Source: Minisyncoccota bacterium (GTDB lineage: Archaea; Nanobdellota; Nanobdellia; Pacearchaeales; GW2011-AR1). Taken from it: DNA of 64,000 nucleotides. This document shows, piece after piece, positions 18,022 to 27,350 of the stretch. Each line of letters starts with the position of its first letter. The stretch's first letter is position 1. A program made the translations under genes and the position numbers. Under the pieces are notes generated by a model. The model did not search any database. It saw only the letters and a program-made list of their open reading frames with translations, and was not told where the DNA came from. The stretch covers positions 72,289 to 136,288 of the forward strand of contig DAOTCN010000002.1 of NCBI GenBank assembly GCA_035453125.1, in the 5' to 3' direction.

Positions 18022-18435
18022 ATGAGTGAAGAAACCCAAGATTTTCAAAAGAAAAAAGATTTTGTTTTTAGAGGAAAAAGTCTTGAAGAATTAAATAAGA
18101 TGAATATTCGTGAATTTGCAAAAATAATTAATTCAAGAGAAAGAAGAAGTCTATTAAGAAATGGAGATTTAACTGAAAACTTTGTTGCAAGAAGTTTAAA
18201 GTCACAAGAAATTGGAAAAATGATTAAAACACATAATAGAGATGTAATAATTGTACCTGCAATGATTGGTATGACTGTTTATGTTTACAGTGGAAAAACA
18301 TTTGAACCAATTAAAATAATTCCGGAAATGATTGGACATAGACTTGGAGAATTTGTTTTAACAAGAAAAACAGTTAAACATGGAGCAGCAGGAATTGGAG
18401 CTACAAGAAGTTCGGCTTCAAGGAGTGTAAAGTAA
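18022..18435 (+). CDS. rps19: 30S ribosomal protein uS19
   Basis: IKTHNRD, EMIGHRLGEFVLTRK, HGAAGIGATRSS. Confidence 0.97.
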   Translation: MSEETQDFQKKKDFVFRGKSLEELNKMNIREFAKIINSRERRSLLRNGDLTENFVARSLKSQEIGKMIKTHNRDVIIVPAMIGMTVYVYSGKTFEPIKIIPEMIGHRLGEFVLTRKTVKHGAAGIGATRSSASRSVK

Positions 18436-18436
18436 A

Positions 18437-19054
18437 ATGGCTGATGAACAATTAAAACAACAAAAAATTAAGAAAACAAAAGCTACAAAATTAGAAAAAA
18501 ATTTAAAAGATTTAAATCAAATTCCAGTTGAAGACAAAAAAAATGAAAAAAAAGTTGAGACTAAAATAGAAAAAGAAACATCTGAAAAAAAAGGAAAAAA
18601 AGAAGTAAAAGTAAAAAAAACCGAGGCAGAAGTTAATGGAAAGAACTTAAGAATATCAACAAAACATGCTAAGTATATTGCAAAATTCATAAAATACAAA
18701 AAAATAGATGAAGCAATTGACTTGCTTAATAAAGTAATAAAGAAAAAAATTGCTGTTCCATTTAAAGGAGAATTACCTCATAGAAAGGGAAATAAGCTTA
18801 ATGGAAAAGGAATGGTATCTGGAAAGTATCCTTATAGAGCGTCAAAAGAGTTTGTTGTTTTATTAAAAAGTCTTTTAGGAAACGTAAATTCAAATGGAAT
18901 GGACCCAAATAAAACAATAATAATTGAAGTAATTACTAATAAATCTCCTAATCAGTTCCATAGATTTGGTAGTGAGAAATTCAAAAGAACACATGTGTAT
19001 ATAAAAGCAAAAGAAATATCTGAAAAAACAAAAAATAAAGGAGAAAAAAAGTAA
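18437..19054 (+). CDS. rpl22: 50S ribosomal protein uL22 with a charged N-terminal extension
   Basis: ISTKHA, GKYP, KRTHVYI core after a ~60-aa K/E-rich N-terminus. Confidence 0.95.
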   Translation: MADEQLKQQKIKKTKATKLEKNLKDLNQIPVEDKKNEKKVETKIEKETSEKKGKKEVKVKKTEAEVNGKNLRISTKHAKYIAKFIKYKKIDEAIDLLNKVIKKKIAVPFKGELPHRKGNKLNGKGMVSGKYPYRASKEFVVLLKSLLGNVNSNGMDPNKTIIIEVITNKSPNQFHRFGSEKFKRTHVYIKAKEISEKTKNKGEKK

Positions 19055-19662
19055 TGGAAGAAAGAAAATTTGTAAAATTTAAAAAAAATGAATTTGAAAT
19101 AAAAGAATTTGTAAAGGGTTATTTGGGAAAAGGAAGAGTAAGTAAAGTTAACATTGAATATACTCCTGTTGGTGAAAAAGTAATAATGATGACTAGTAAA
19201 CCTGGACTTATTATTGGCCGTGGTGGAGAAAAAATAGAAAGATTAACTGAAATACTTAAAAAAAATTTTAATTTTGAAAACCCTCATGTTGAAATACAAG
19301 AAATTAAAGAATTAAGTCTTGATTCTCAGTCTGTTGCAGATGAAATTGCTATAAGTCTTGAAAATAATGGACCTGCAAAGTTTAAAATGATTGCATATAA
19401 ATTACTTCAACAAATTATTGATGCTGGCGCAATGGGTGTGGAAATAAAACTTTGTGGAAAACTACCTAGTGCAAGAGCAAAAACTTGGAGATTTAAAAAA
19501 GGTTATTTAAAAAAAGTAGGGGATAGCGCTAAAGTTGTTGATGTCTCAAGTTCTGTTGCGAAAACAAAACCCGGAACTGTGGGAATTACTGTTAGCATAC
19601 TTCATCCAGATGCAAAAATACATGATCAGATAAATCTAAATAAATCAGAATTAAAAAACTAA
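19054..19662 (+). CDS. rps3: 30S ribosomal protein uS3
   Basis: KPGLIIGRGG (KH domain), GAMGVEI, GKLPSARAK. Confidence 0.97.
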   Translation: MEERKFVKFKKNEFEIKEFVKGYLGKGRVSKVNIEYTPVGEKVIMMTSKPGLIIGRGGEKIERLTEILKKNFNFENPHVEIQEIKELSLDSQSVADEIAISLENNGPAKFKMIAYKLLQQIIDAGAMGVEIKLCGKLPSARAKTWRFKKGYLKKVGDSAKVVDVSSSVAKTKPGTVGITVSILHPDAKIHDQINLNKSELKN

Positions 19663-19663
19663 A

Positions 19664-19846
19664 ATGACAAAGTTTAAAGAGCTATCAAAGCTAACAAAAA
19701 AAGAAATTAATGATAAAATTAATGAATTAAAATTAGACTTAGTCAAAGCAAAAGTTGCTGCAAGTAAAGGTGGAAAAGTAAAAATGAAAGAAACAAAAAA
19801 AACTTTAGCTAGACTAATTATGCTAAAAAGCATAAAAAAATCATAA
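19664..19846 (+). CDS. rpl29: 50S ribosomal protein uL29
   Basis: Two-helix basic protein ELKLDL...KKTLARLI; operon position. Confidence 0.92.
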   Translation: MTKFKELSKLTKKEINDKINELKLDLVKAKVAASKGGKVKMKETKKTLARLIMLKSIKKS

Positions 19847-19847
19847 T

Positions 19848-20150
19848 ATGGATATATGTCCTAAATGCGGCCTGCCAAAACAGGCTTGTGTGTGTGAAGA
19901 AATCGTTAAAAGCGAACAAAGAATCCAAGTAACAACCGAAAAGAAAAAATTCGGAAAGATTGTTACGGTCGTATCAGGTATAGAGAAAGGACTTGATATA
20001 AAAAAAATAGCCAAAGAACTCAAAGAAGAACTTGGTTGTGGCGGAACAATAAGAGAAAACAACCAAATAGAACTTCAAGGAGACCATACTAGAAAAATAA
20101 GGGCTGTTTTAATAAGACTAGGATTTCAAGAAAGTTCAATTAACATTTAA
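19848..20150 (+). CDS. sui1: Translation initiation factor SUI1 (aIF1)
   Basis: CPKCGLP..CVCEE, LGCGGT, IELQGDH. Confidence 0.96.
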   Translation: MDICPKCGLPKQACVCEEIVKSEQRIQVTTEKKKFGKIVTVVSGIEKGLDIKKIAKELKEELGCGGTIRENNQIELQGDHTRKIRAVLIRLGFQESSINI

Positions 20151-20168
20151 CACTCATTAAAAATAAAA

Positions 20169-20546
20169 ATGGAAAAGAAAGAAAAGAAAACAGATAGAAA
20201 TAGCAAAGAAAATATAGCTGAAGCTAGAAATCAAAAAGAATTATACTCTTTAAGAGGAAGAAAATTTGAAGGATATGTTATAAAGAAGATTGATAAAAGA
20301 GTGACAATTGAATATGAAAAAGTAAAGTATATTAAGAAATATGAAAGATATATAAAAGAAAAATCAAAACTTCATGCGAGATTACCTTCAGAATTAATAA
20401 ATTCTATTCAGATAGGAGATTATATTCAAATAACAGAGTGTAGGCCTCTTAGTAAAATAATTCATTTTGTTGTTACAAAAAAAATTAGATCAGCTAATTC
20501 AGAAGTTATTATTAATGAAAATAAAAATTTAGGAGAGAGAAAATGA
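20169..20546 (+). CDS. rps17: 30S ribosomal protein uS17
   Basis: RGRKFEG, KKYERY, GDYIQITECRPLSK. Confidence 0.96.
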   Translation: MEKKEKKTDRNSKENIAEARNQKELYSLRGRKFEGYVIKKIDKRVTIEYEKVKYIKKYERYIKEKSKLHARLPSELINSIQIGDYIQITECRPLSKIIHFVVTKKIRSANSEVIINENKNLGERK

Positions 20547-20944
20547 AAGCAATTCCTGCAAGAGTAACTAGAGGATTAAATGTTGGAAGTTATGTTTTAG
20601 CAGCAGATAATAGTGGAGCACAGATTGTAAAAATTGTTGGAGTGAAAAAAGGAAAAACAACAAAAAAAAGACAGCAGTTTGCTAAAGTATCTGACTGGGT
20701 GAAAGTTAGTGTAAGAATGGGAAAACCTGAAATGAAGGGAGTAGTATTTGATGCAGTAGTTGTAAGACAAAAAAGAATCTACAGAAGATATACTGGAGAA
20801 AGAATTGCATTTAGTGATAACGCAGTTGCATTACTTAAAGATGAAAAAGGAAATCCAAAAGGAACTCAAATTAAAGGTCCTGTTGCAAGGGAGGTAACAG
20901 AAAGATGGCCAGCTGTTGCTAAAATAGCTAAAATAGTTGTATAA
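20543..20944 (+). CDS. rpl14: 50S ribosomal protein uL14
   Basis: ADNSGA, AVVVRQK, DNAV, GNPKGTQIKGPVARE. Confidence 0.97.
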   Translation: MKAIPARVTRGLNVGSYVLAADNSGAQIVKIVGVKKGKTTKKRQQFAKVSDWVKVSVRMGKPEMKGVVFDAVVVRQKRIYRRYTGERIAFSDNAVALLKDEKGNPKGTQIKGPVAREVTERWPAVAKIAKIVV

Positions 20945-20945
20945 A

Positions 20946-21371
20946 ATGAAGAATAAATTTTCAGCTCATTGGAAATCGAGTAAACAAACAAGAAAACAAA
21001 GAAAATATAGAGCGAATGCTCCAATCCATATTCAAAGAAAATTTTTATCTGTAAATTTAAATAAAGATTTAAGAAAAAAGTACAACAAAAGAAATTTTCC
21101 AATAAGAAAGGGGGATGAAGTTAAAATAATGAAGGGTAGTGAAAAAGGAAAAAAAGGAAAAATTTCAATAGTTAATTTAGAAAGGATGAAAATTGCAATT
21201 GAAGGAATACAAAGAAAAAAGAAAGAAGGAACAAAAATTAACTTGTGGTTTGAACCGTCAAATGTTCAAATTCAAGAATTAAATTTAAGTGATAAAATGA
21301 GACTAAAATCACTAAACAGAAAGGTTGCTGAAAAAAAAGAAAATAAAAAAAAGGAAAAGAAAAATGCATAA
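20946..21371 (+). CDS. rpl24: 50S ribosomal protein uL24
   Basis: SKQTRKQRKY, IRKGDEVKIMKG (KOW), EPSNV. Start 20946 preferred over 20937, which overlaps rpl14. Confidence 0.95.
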   Translation: MKNKFSAHWKSSKQTRKQRKYRANAPIHIQRKFLSVNLNKDLRKKYNKRNFPIRKGDEVKIMKGSEKGKKGKISIVNLERMKIAIEGIQRKKKEGTKINLWFEPSNVQIQELNLSDKMRLKSLNRKVAEKKENKKKEKKNA

Positions 21372-22002
21372 AAAAAGATTAAACTCAAGTAAAGTTTGGC
21401 CAATACCTAGAAAGGGAAAAAAATATATAGTTGTACCAAGCCATAATCCAAAAAATGGAATTCCATTATTAGTTCTAATCAGAGATGTGATGAAATTAGT
21501 TAAAACAAGAAAAGAACTTAAAAGAATTTTAAAAGAGAGAAATATACAAGTAAATGGAAATGATGTAAAGGAAGACAATCTTTCTCTTTTATTGTTTGAT
21601 ACAATAAAATTAAAACCAAATAACAAATGTTATAGAATTGTTTATGATAAGAATAAAAAATTGGATGTAAAAGAAATTAATGAAAAAGAATCTAATGAGA
21701 AAATAACAAAAGTTGCAAATAAAAAGATACTTTCTGGAGGAATGGTTCAACTAAATTTTAATGATGGAAGAAATCTACTTTCTAAAGAGAAAATAAATGT
21801 TGGTGACTCTGTTTTAATAAATATGAAAGAAAGGAAAATAGAAAAAGTTCTTCCAGTAAAAGAAAAATCTAATGTTTTAATAATCAAAGGAAAACATTTA
21901 GGTTATACTGGAATAATTAATCATCTAGGTAAAGAAAAATCAACAATAAAAATTAATGAAAAGGATTTTGAAATCAACAATAAAGATTTAATGGTAATAT
22001 AA
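21364..22002 (+). CDS. rps4e: 30S ribosomal protein eS4
   Basis: MHKKRLNS..WPIPRK, IPLLVLIRD, NFNDGRN, KGKHLG. Likely start at the MH codon, 21364. Confidence 0.95.
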   Translation: MHKKRLNSSKVWPIPRKGKKYIVVPSHNPKNGIPLLVLIRDVMKLVKTRKELKRILKERNIQVNGNDVKEDNLSLLLFDTIKLKPNNKCYRIVYDKNKKLDVKEINEKESNEKITKVANKKILSGGMVQLNFNDGRNLLSKEKINVGDSVLINMKERKIEKVLPVKEKSNVLIIKGKHLGYTGIINHLGKEKSTIKINEKDFEINNKDLMVI

Positions 22003-22006
22003 AAAA

Positions 22007-22534
22007 ATGAAACAAAAAACAAAAGTTACATATGAAGATAATAAAATGAGAGAAATTTTTATAGAAAAGTTAGTATTATCTGGAAGAGGAGTAAATGAAG
22101 AATTAAATAAATCTTTCAAATTACTTAAAAAAATAAGTAAAAAAACCCCTTCAAGAAGAATATCAACAAAAAGAATTCCTGCTTTTAATGTAAGACCAAA
22201 ACTAGAGGTTGGAGTACTTGTAACTATCCGAGGAAAAGAAATTAAAGATTTATTAAGAAGACTTCTTGCAGTAAATGATAATATAATAAAGAAAAAACAA
22301 GTTGAAGAAAACCATTTTTCTTTTGGAATTGAGGAGTATATTGAAATTCCTGGTGAAGAATATGACAGAGAAATTGGAATAATTGGTTTTGAAGCAACAG
22401 TAGTATTTGCAAGAAAAGGAAAAAGAGTAAATAGAAGAAAAATAAAACAAGGAAGATTACCTCAAAAACAACATGTGAAAAAAGAAGAAATAATTAAATT
22501 TATGGAAGATAATTTTAAAACAAAATTTAAATAG
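22007..22534 (+). CDS. rpl5: 50S ribosomal protein uL5
   Basis: [33 protein letters not shown]. Confidence 0.96.
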   Translation: MKQKTKVTYEDNKMREIFIEKLVLSGRGVNEELNKSFKLLKKISKKTPSRRISTKRIPAFNVRPKLEVGVLVTIRGKEIKDLLRRLLAVNDNIIKKKQVEENHFSFGIEEYIEIPGEEYDREIGIIGFEATVVFARKGKRVNRRKIKQGRLPQKQHVKKEEIIKFMEDNFKTKFK

Positions 22535-22544
22535 GAAACAAAAA

Positions 22545-22775
22545 ATGACAGCAAGCGATTGGAAAAAATTACATAAACAATTGAAAAGTAAACCAGCAGT
22601 TGCTAAAAAATTTATAAAACACTGTAAACCCAAAGAAAGGAAAACTGGAATTGCAATCAGAAAATGTGAGAGATGTGGAAGATTTGGAGCACATGTAGGA
22701 CAATATGGTTTAAACTTTTGTAGACAGTGTTTCAGAGAAATAGCAACAGAAATAGGTTTTAAAAAATATTCATAA
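22545..22775 (+). CDS. rps14: 30S ribosomal protein uS14 (Zn-binding type) with N-terminal extension
   Basis: CERCG...CRQCFRE..GFKKYS. Confidence 0.96.
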   Translation: MTASDWKKLHKQLKSKPAVAKKFIKHCKPKERKTGIAIRKCERCGRFGAHVGQYGLNFCRQCFREIATEIGFKKYS

Positions 22776-22791
22776 ATAAACAAAAAGAAAA

Positions 22792-23166
22792 ATGAGTCAA
22801 GATATAATAGCAGACACGCTAAACCAAATAATGAATGCAAAAAAATGCAAAAAAACAGTAATAGTTGTGACAAGAAGCTCGAAACTTCTAATAAAAGTTC
22901 TTGAAATTGCAAAAGATAATAGGTATATTGAAGAATTTAGTCTGGATAACAATAGACTAAGTATTAAAATTGGAAGTTTACATGAATGTAAAGCAATAAA
23001 ACCTCGTTATTATGTTGGAAATGAAGGAATAGCAAAGTATATGAAAAGATTTTTACCTGCAAAAGACTTAGGAGTTATAATAATCTCAACAAATCAAGGA
23101 GTAATGACTCATCAAGAAGCTATAGAAAAGAAAATAGGAGGATGCTTAATTAGCTATTTTTATTAA
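22792..23166 (+). CDS. rps8: 30S ribosomal protein uS8
   Basis: CKAIKPR, FLPA, IISTNQGVMTH.EA..KKIGG.LI.Y.Y. Confidence 0.96.
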   Translation: MSQDIIADTLNQIMNAKKCKKTVIVVTRSSKLLIKVLEIAKDNRYIEEFSLDNNRLSIKIGSLHECKAIKPRYYVGNEGIAKYMKRFLPAKDLGVIIISTNQGVMTHQEAIEKKIGGCLISYFY

Positions 23167-23167
23167 A

Positions 23168-23716
23168 ATGGTAAAAGAAGATATTAATGAAAAATTTGAG
23201 ATTAAAGAGTTTAAATTTGACATAATTGGAAATTCAATAATTATAGAAAATGGAGAAAATAAAGTTAAAAGAACATTTAATCTAAAGAATATAAATTTGA
23301 GAAAAGAAGGAAACAGCTTAATTTTTGAGTCAAAAAAAGCAACAAAAAGAGAAAAAAGAATGATAAAAACAATTATCTCTCATCTTAATAATATTGTAAA
23401 TGGTTTTAAAGAAGAATTTGTTTATAAACTTGGAATTGCATATTTACATTTTCCAATCACTGTTGAACTTGATAAAAATAAAAAATCATTACTTATCAAA
23501 AATTTCCTTGGAGAGAAAAAACCTAGAATAGCAAAGATTGTTCAAGGAGCAACAGTTGAAGTTGATAAGAATCAAATAATTGTTAGGTCTCATGATAAAG
23601 AAATAGCTGGACAAACAGCAGCAAATATTGAACATGCCACAAAAATTAGAAATAGAGACAGACGAAAATTCCAAGATGGAATATTCTTAACTGAAAAAAA
23701 TGGGAGATTAATCTAA
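23168..23716 (+). CDS. rpl6: 50S ribosomal protein uL6
   Basis: HFPITV, NFLGEKKPR, GQTAANIE, DRRKFQDGI. Confidence 0.97.
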   Translation: MVKEDINEKFEIKEFKFDIIGNSIIIENGENKVKRTFNLKNINLRKEGNSLIFESKKATKREKRMIKTIISHLNNIVNGFKEEFVYKLGIAYLHFPITVELDKNKKSLLIKNFLGEKKPRIAKIVQGATVEVDKNQIIVRSHDKEIAGQTAANIEHATKIRNRDRRKFQDGIFLTEKNGRLI

Positions 23717-23718
23717 CT

Positions 23719-24111
23719 ATGAACAAAATAAAATTTACTAGAAGAAATACAACACAATATTTAAGGCTTGGAAAAAAAAGAAAAAAGTTGCAGAAATGGA
23801 GAAAGCCTAAAGGAAGACATAATAAAATGAGAAAGAAAAGAAAAGGTTATCCTGCAACTGTTTCAATAGGTTATAGTACCAATAAAATAGGAATTAAGCA
23901 GATAAATGGAAAAGATAAAGTAATTGTTAATAATCTTAGTGATCTTGAAAAAGTTCAACATAATCAAATTGCAGTAATTGGAAAAATTGGAAATAAAAAT
24001 AAAATAGAAATAGCTAAGAGGGCTCAAAATAAAAATATAGAAATATCTAATCTTAACGTTAAAAAATTTCTTAAAAATGTAGAGAAGAAAAAAGGAGAAA
24101 AATTAAAATGA
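23719..24111 (+). CDS. rpl32e: 50S ribosomal protein eL32
   Basis: WRKPKGRHNKMR, SIGY. Confidence 0.95.
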   Translation: MNKIKFTRRNTTQYLRLGKKRKKLQKWRKPKGRHNKMRKKRKGYPATVSIGYSTNKIGIKQINGKDKVIVNNLSDLEKVQHNQIAVIGKIGNKNKIEIAKRAQNKNIEISNLNVKKFLKNVEKKKGEKLK

Positions 24112-24500
24112 AACTAGACAGTAAAAAAAGACTTGCAGCAAAAACACTTAATGTTGGAATAAATAGAATACTCTTTGATATAAATAGATTAGATGAAATA
24201 AAAGAAGCTATAACTAAACAAGACATAAGAGATTTGAATTCAACAGGTGCAATAAAAATTAAGACAATTGTTGGAAGAGGAAAAAAGGAGAAAAGGAAAA
24301 CTAGAAAAAGGGCTGGAAAAATAAGAAGAAGGGTTAACAAAAGAAAAGAAAATTATGTTATAATGACCAAAAAACTAAGAAGCTATATAAAAGAATTAAA
24401 AGATCAAGATAAAATAAATGAAGAAAAATATAAAGAATTAAGAAAGAAAATCAAAATGAAGAATTTCAAAAATAAAAAACACCTAAGGGAGAACATATAA
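24108..24500 (+). CDS. rpl19e: 50S ribosomal protein eL19
   Basis: KKRLAA, AITKQDIRDL, RAGK. Confidence 0.95.
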   Translation: MKLDSKKRLAAKTLNVGINRILFDINRLDEIKEAITKQDIRDLNSTGAIKIKTIVGRGKKEKRKTRKRAGKIRRRVNKRKENYVIMTKKLRSYIKELKDQDKINEEKYKELRKKIKMKNFKNKKHLRENI

Positions 24501-24501
24501 A

Positions 24502-24996
24502 ATGATAAAAACTGTTAAAAAAAGAAGAAAGCAAAGAAAAACTGATTATAAAATAAGACTTAATCTACTAAAATCAGGAATACCTAGAATTGTAATAAGA
24601 AAAACAAATAAGTATATAATAATACAAGAAGTTATCAGTAAAGAAGCGAGAGACAAGGTTATATTTGGATTAACTTCAAGAGATCTTATTGAATATGGTT
24701 GGCCAAAAGAAGGAGAGGGTTCACTGAAATCTATTGCTGCAGCATATCTTACTGGTTATCTTGCAGGTAAAAAAATAAGTGAAAAAGAGGGTAAAAAAAG
24801 TTTTATAATTGATCTTGGTTTACAAAGAAATGTACATGGTTCAAGAATTTTTGCCTCAATAAAAGGACTGATTGATGGGGGACTTAAAATTAATGCAGAT
24901 AGTAAGGCATTTCCTTCAGAAAAAAGAATAAAAGAATCAGTTAATAAAGAGGATATTAAAAAAAATTTTGATAAAATTAAATTAAACATAAAATGA
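24502..24996 (+). CDS. rpl18: 50S ribosomal protein uL18
   Basis: RKTDYKIRL.LLKSG.PR.V.RKTN, AAYLTGYL, DLGL. Confidence 0.96.
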   Translation: MIKTVKKRRKQRKTDYKIRLNLLKSGIPRIVIRKTNKYIIIQEVISKEARDKVIFGLTSRDLIEYGWPKEGEGSLKSIAAAYLTGYLAGKKISEKEGKKSFIIDLGLQRNVHGSRIFASIKGLIDGGLKINADSKAFPSEKRIKESVNKEDIKKNFDKIKLNIK

Positions 24997-25703
24997 TAAG
25001 AAGAAACGAAACAAGTACTGAAAGGAAAGTAAGAGAAGACAAAAGAAAAATAGAAGTTGAAGAAAGAAAAAAGGATAAACTTTCTTCATGGGTTCCAAAA
25101 ACAAAACTAGGACAAATGGTAAAAGAAGGAAAAATAAAAGACATAAATGAAGTTCTAGATAAAGATATTAAAATATTAGAACCAGAAATTGTTGATTCTT
25201 TAATTAAAATTGAGGAAGATTTATTATTTGCAGGACAATCAAAGGGTAAATTTGGCGGAGGAAAAAGAAGAGCATGGAGACAAGCTCAGAAAAAAACACA
25301 AGAGGGAAGTGTGGTAACATTCTCAGCATTAGTTGTTGTCGGAGATAAAAATGGTCATGTAGGAATTGGAATTGGAAAAGCAAAAGAAACTCTTCCTGCA
25401 AGAGAAAAAGCATTAAGAAAAGCAAAATTAAATATTATACATATAAAAAGAGGGTCTGGAAGTTTTGAAGGATCTTCTGAAGAGTTACATAGTATTCCGT
25501 TTAAAGTTAATGGAAAATGTGGAAGCTGTAATATCACATTAATACCTGCTCCTCAAGGAACAGGTCTTGTGATTGGAGATGAAGGAAAAAAGATATTAAA
25601 ACTTGCGGGAATTAAAGATGTATACTCAAATTCAAGAGGACAAACAAGAACAACATTAAATTATGCTGAAGCTATAATGAGGGCTTTAAAACAATTAAAA
25701 TGA
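24993..25703 (+). CDS. rps5: 30S ribosomal protein uS5
   Basis: WVPKTKLG, VVGDKNGHVGIG, LIPAPQGTGLV, GQTRTT.N. Confidence 0.97.
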   Translation: MIRRNETSTERKVREDKRKIEVEERKKDKLSSWVPKTKLGQMVKEGKIKDINEVLDKDIKILEPEIVDSLIKIEEDLLFAGQSKGKFGGGKRRAWRQAQKKTQEGSVVTFSALVVVGDKNGHVGIGIGKAKETLPAREKALRKAKLNIIHIKRGSGSFEGSSEELHSIPFKVNGKCGSCNITLIPAPQGTGLVIGDEGKKILKLAGIKDVYSNSRGQTRTTLNYAEAIMRALKQLK

Positions 25704-25954
25704 ACATAGAAGCAAAAAAACAAAGAATAGAGATTATAAGAGTTAATAAAACTCCTAAAGAATTAATTGATCAAGGATATACTGTTATGGATCATAATAT
25801 AGAACTTACTAATTTAAGGGATGCTCAAAATGCTGGAAGAAGTTTAGGTGAAAATTTGAATAGTGTAAATGAGGTTATAATATCAAAATACGAAGGAGTT
25901 TATGATATTTATGCTAAAATTAATGAATCAAAAAGTGAGGTAGTGTTATTATGA
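25700..25954 (+). CDS. Hypothetical 84-aa protein inserted between rps5 and rpl30
   Basis: 4-nt overlaps with both neighbours; no recognised motif. Confidence 0.65.
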   Translation: MNIEAKKQRIEIIRVNKTPKELIDQGYTVMDHNIELTNLRDAQNAGRSLGENLNSVNEVIISKYEGVYDIYAKINESKSEVVLL

Positions 25955-26367
25955 TAGCAATAATAAGAATAACAGGTCAAGTGAAAGTTGATGAAGACAT
26001 TGAGAATACATTATATAGGCTTAAACTTAGAAAAAAATATACATGTACAATCTTGCATGAAGACCCAGTAACTTTAGGTATGATCAAAAAAGTAAGGAAT
26101 TTTGTTGCTTATGGAAAAATTGATGAAAAAACAATTGAAGAATTGATTGAAAAAAGAGGTCAACCTATTGATAAATCAAAAAAAATAGATGTTAAAAAAA
26201 TTGTTGAATTATTAAAAAAAGAAAAAAGTTTTGAAAACACTGGAATAAAACCTTTTTTTAGATTACATCCACCTAGGGGTGGAATAAATGCAAAGTTACA
26301 TTATCCAAAGGGTGTTTTAGGTGACAACAAAGAAAGTATGAGTTTACTTCTTAAAAAAATGCTATAA
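25951..26367 (+). CDS. rpl30: 50S ribosomal protein uL30
   Basis: IAIIRITG, TLYRLKL, GMIKKV..FVAYG, FRLHPPRGG. Confidence 0.96.
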   Translation: MIAIIRITGQVKVDEDIENTLYRLKLRKKYTCTILHEDPVTLGMIKKVRNFVAYGKIDEKTIEELIEKRGQPIDKSKKIDVKKIVELLKKEKSFENTGIKPFFRLHPPRGGINAKLHYPKGVLGDNKESMSLLLKKML

Positions 26368-26428
26368 AACAAATTGAAATGTTTAAAAACCTATATTTAC
26401 TACTAAAAACATTATAAAATAAGCTAAA

Positions 26429-26869
26429 ATGATATTCAAAAAAAATAAACTATTCAAAAAAATAGGAGATAATAAATTTTTAGTAAATGTTTTAGGAGTA
26501 ATATTTAATCCAAAAACAAGAAAAATACTTATTGTTAGACGAGAGAATGATTTACATATAAAAAAATTAACTTGGTGCTTTCCGGGTGGTAAAGTAAAAT
26601 ATGATGAAAATCTGGAAGAAACACTTAAGAAAGAGATAAAAAAGAAAACAGGATTAACTATTGAAAGTTTAGGAACAATATTTGCAAGAATACATCCAGA
26701 AAATAAAGAATTTATTTCTATATTTTATTTATGTGAAGTCATTAATGGTGAAGAAAAGGCAAGCGATACTATTAAAGAAATAAAATGGGTCGATCCTACA
26801 GAGATAGAAAAGTATTTTAAAACATCATACCATCCAAAATTAAAAGAGTATATTGAAAATCTAAAATAA
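26429..26869 (+). CDS. Nudix-fold protein with a degenerate Nudix box
   Basis: WCFPGGKVKYDENLEETLKKEIKKKTGL; the REUXEE consensus is replaced by KEIKKK. Confidence 0.8.
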   Translation: MIFKKNKLFKKIGDNKFLVNVLGVIFNPKTRKILIVRRENDLHIKKLTWCFPGGKVKYDENLEETLKKEIKKKTGLTIESLGTIFARIHPENKEFISIFYLCEVINGEEKASDTIKEIKWVDPTEIEKYFKTSYHPKLKEYIENLK

Positions 26870-26873
26870 TAAA

Positions 26874-27299
26874 ATGAAATCAACAAACAAAAAACGAAAA
26901 AAATCTAGTAGATTTAGTGGAAGTCATACTCATGGACGTGGATTTAAGAAAAAGGCAAGAGGAAGTGGACATAGAGGTGGATTTGGTATGGCCGGAACTG
27001 GAAAAAGAGCAGATCAAAAAAAGACTCTTATACTTAACCTGCCTTATGAATATTTTGGAAAAGAAGGATTAAAACCAAAAAAAGAAAGGTATAAAATTGT
27101 GAATGTTGGAGACTTGGAAAGAATAGCAAATGGAAAAAAAGAACTTGAATTAAATGAATATAAAATACTATCAAAAGGAGATATCAAAATAGCACTAAAC
27201 ATAAAAGCTTATTCAGCATCTCAGTCTGCAATAAAAAAAATAGAAAAAGCTGGTGGAAAAATAGTATTAAAAGAAGTTAAATTTAGTAAAAAAGAGTAA
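26874..27299 (+). CDS. rpl15: 50S ribosomal protein uL15
   Basis: GSHTHGRG, RGSGHRGGFGMAG, YFGKEG, KIEKAGG. Confidence 0.96.
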   Translation: MKSTNKKRKKSSRFSGSHTHGRGFKKKARGSGHRGGFGMAGTGKRADQKKTLILNLPYEYFGKEGLKPKKERYKIVNVGDLERIANGKKELELNEYKILSKGDIKIALNIKAYSASQSAIKKIEKAGGKIVLKEVKFSKKE

Positions 27300-27350
27300 T
27301 TCTCTTACCAAACAAATAACCTTATAAACCTAAATTTAATTTATAATTCA

